From Neoconidiobolus thromboides FSU 785 (taxonomy: Eukaryota > Fungi > Entomophthoromycota): a DNA stretch of 64,000 nucleotides. Numbering within the stretch: the first letter of the stretch is position 1; every line of letters starts with the position of its first letter. The notes under the pieces were generated by a model. It had not been told where the DNA came from and made no database searches. It worked only from the letters and a program-made list of their open reading frames with translations. The DNA is taken from contig MU626373.1 in the NCBI GenBank assembly GCA_025603075.1, forward strand, positions 2,481 through 66,480, in the 5' to 3' direction. Below are positions 63,104-64,000 of this stretch, piece by piece. The translations under genes were made by a program, and so were the position numbers.

Positions 63104-63201
63104 TGAAGGTATTTTTTTGATTTCATCACTTTCTCCATTTTTTAAGCGCTATATAAGTGGAAAAACTATTAGTAAAATTCAAACAAAAAAATACATCCCT
63201 A
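63104..63201 (-). mobile_element. MITE family copy
   Basis: TGAAGGTATTTTTTTGATTTCATCAC...AGCGCTATATAAGTGGAAAAAC...AATACATCCCTA. Confidence 0.78.
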
Positions 63202-63693
63202 GTTGCTTTATTTAATCTATTTTAATGTTTGATAAAGTGAAAAGTTTAATTTTAAATTGACCAATTAATGCACTTAGTCCCAAATTCCACCTCTCCTTAA
63301 AAATGAAGTATGAAACTAAAATGGTACAAATGGGAATAAAAAGGTGGCATTTTTGCAAAGGATGAGTAAGAAAGGGGCAGGTTTAAGAGTAAACAGTATT
63401 TTTATTTCGTTTTTCTTTATGTTAAGTATTTTAGAAGTATCCAAGAAAGAGGAATTTTGAAGACCGAACAAGCTTAAATTAAACGAAGTCGATGAAAGGG
63501 CATGAAACTATAGATATCGAATCTAAGTCAAAAAGAGTTTATTAGATATGTTAGAAAATATGCTGAACAAAAAGTAGGAATTAATAGGAAGCGTAAAATC
63601 AGAAATCTTGAGGAACACTCAAATAAGTTAAATGTCAGCCAAATATTTGAAGAAGTGAGACATAACATACCTTTTGGTATTATTATCAGGGAT

Positions 63694-64000
63694 ATGGGCC
63701 ACTTAAGCATCGATGATCAATACTCTTTGTAAGCAAATGTATCGGACGAGGGGCACTATATAGGAATACTAAATAGGATTAAAGAGTTGAATGATTTTGA
63801 TGCAGTATTTGAACAAATAGTAAGTTCAATAATTTACATTTTAAAACCATTATTTTATATCAAAAGTCACAAGATAATCAAATATTAGAGTTTGAAGTTG
63901 TAAAGGGGAAAAGGTACATGAAATTAAATCTCATAAAACTAGGTAGACATTCAGAAGTATATAATGTTGTCGAATTAAACACTGGGAATCAATTTGCATT
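63694..64000 (+). CDS. Protein kinase-like gene, 5' part (runs off the window); subdomain I resembles Mps1-type N-lobes
   Basis: Introns 63729-63776 (48 nt, removes an in-frame TAA) and 63820-63866 (47 nt) give MGHLSIDDQYSLIKELNDFDAVFEQISQDNQILEFEVVKGKRYMKLNLIKLGRHSEVYNVVELNTGNQFA. The frame is open upstream to 63514, so the true start is uncertain. Confidence 0.5.

Overview
Eukaryotic, very AT-rich, intron-dense fungal DNA. Introns are GT-AG, mostly 44-55 nt, with CTAA/TTAA branch points, and genes use the standard code. Gene content (type IIC P-ATPase, secreted trypsin, CRIPT, DUF4436) fits an early-diverging fungus, plausibly an entomophthoralean such as Conidiobolus (inference). I reconstructed about 24 protein-coding genes by hand-splicing: an RTG3/MITF-type bHLH, mitochondrial bL27, a Rab5-family GTPase, UPF2, a stand-alone CSN4-like PCI mini-protein, CRIPT, pyruvate dehydrogenase kinase, ERG28, a coiled-coil protein, two inverted DUF4436 paralogs, a type IIC P-ATPase, three TVP15/COPI-associated paralogs, ValRS, mitochondrial uS12, CMC2, an Msc2/ZnT5-type zinc transporter, DOP1, KXD1, GOT1, a trypsin, and a kinase-like gene running off the right edge. 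Intergenic DNA carries at least 18 copies of a ~100-bp TA-flanked fold-back MITE showing CpG decay. The most notable observations are four. (1) The PDK reading frame appears to require a single-nucleotide exon (G18194). (2) The DUF4436 pair has a pentameric-ligand-gated-channel-like layout, with a nearly identical membrane module but divergent ectodomains. (3) A mini-CSN4 retains only the winged-helix and bundle helix plus an acidic insert. (4) The MITE family inserts into its own TA target duplications. No rRNA, tRNA or CRISPR array was recognised.
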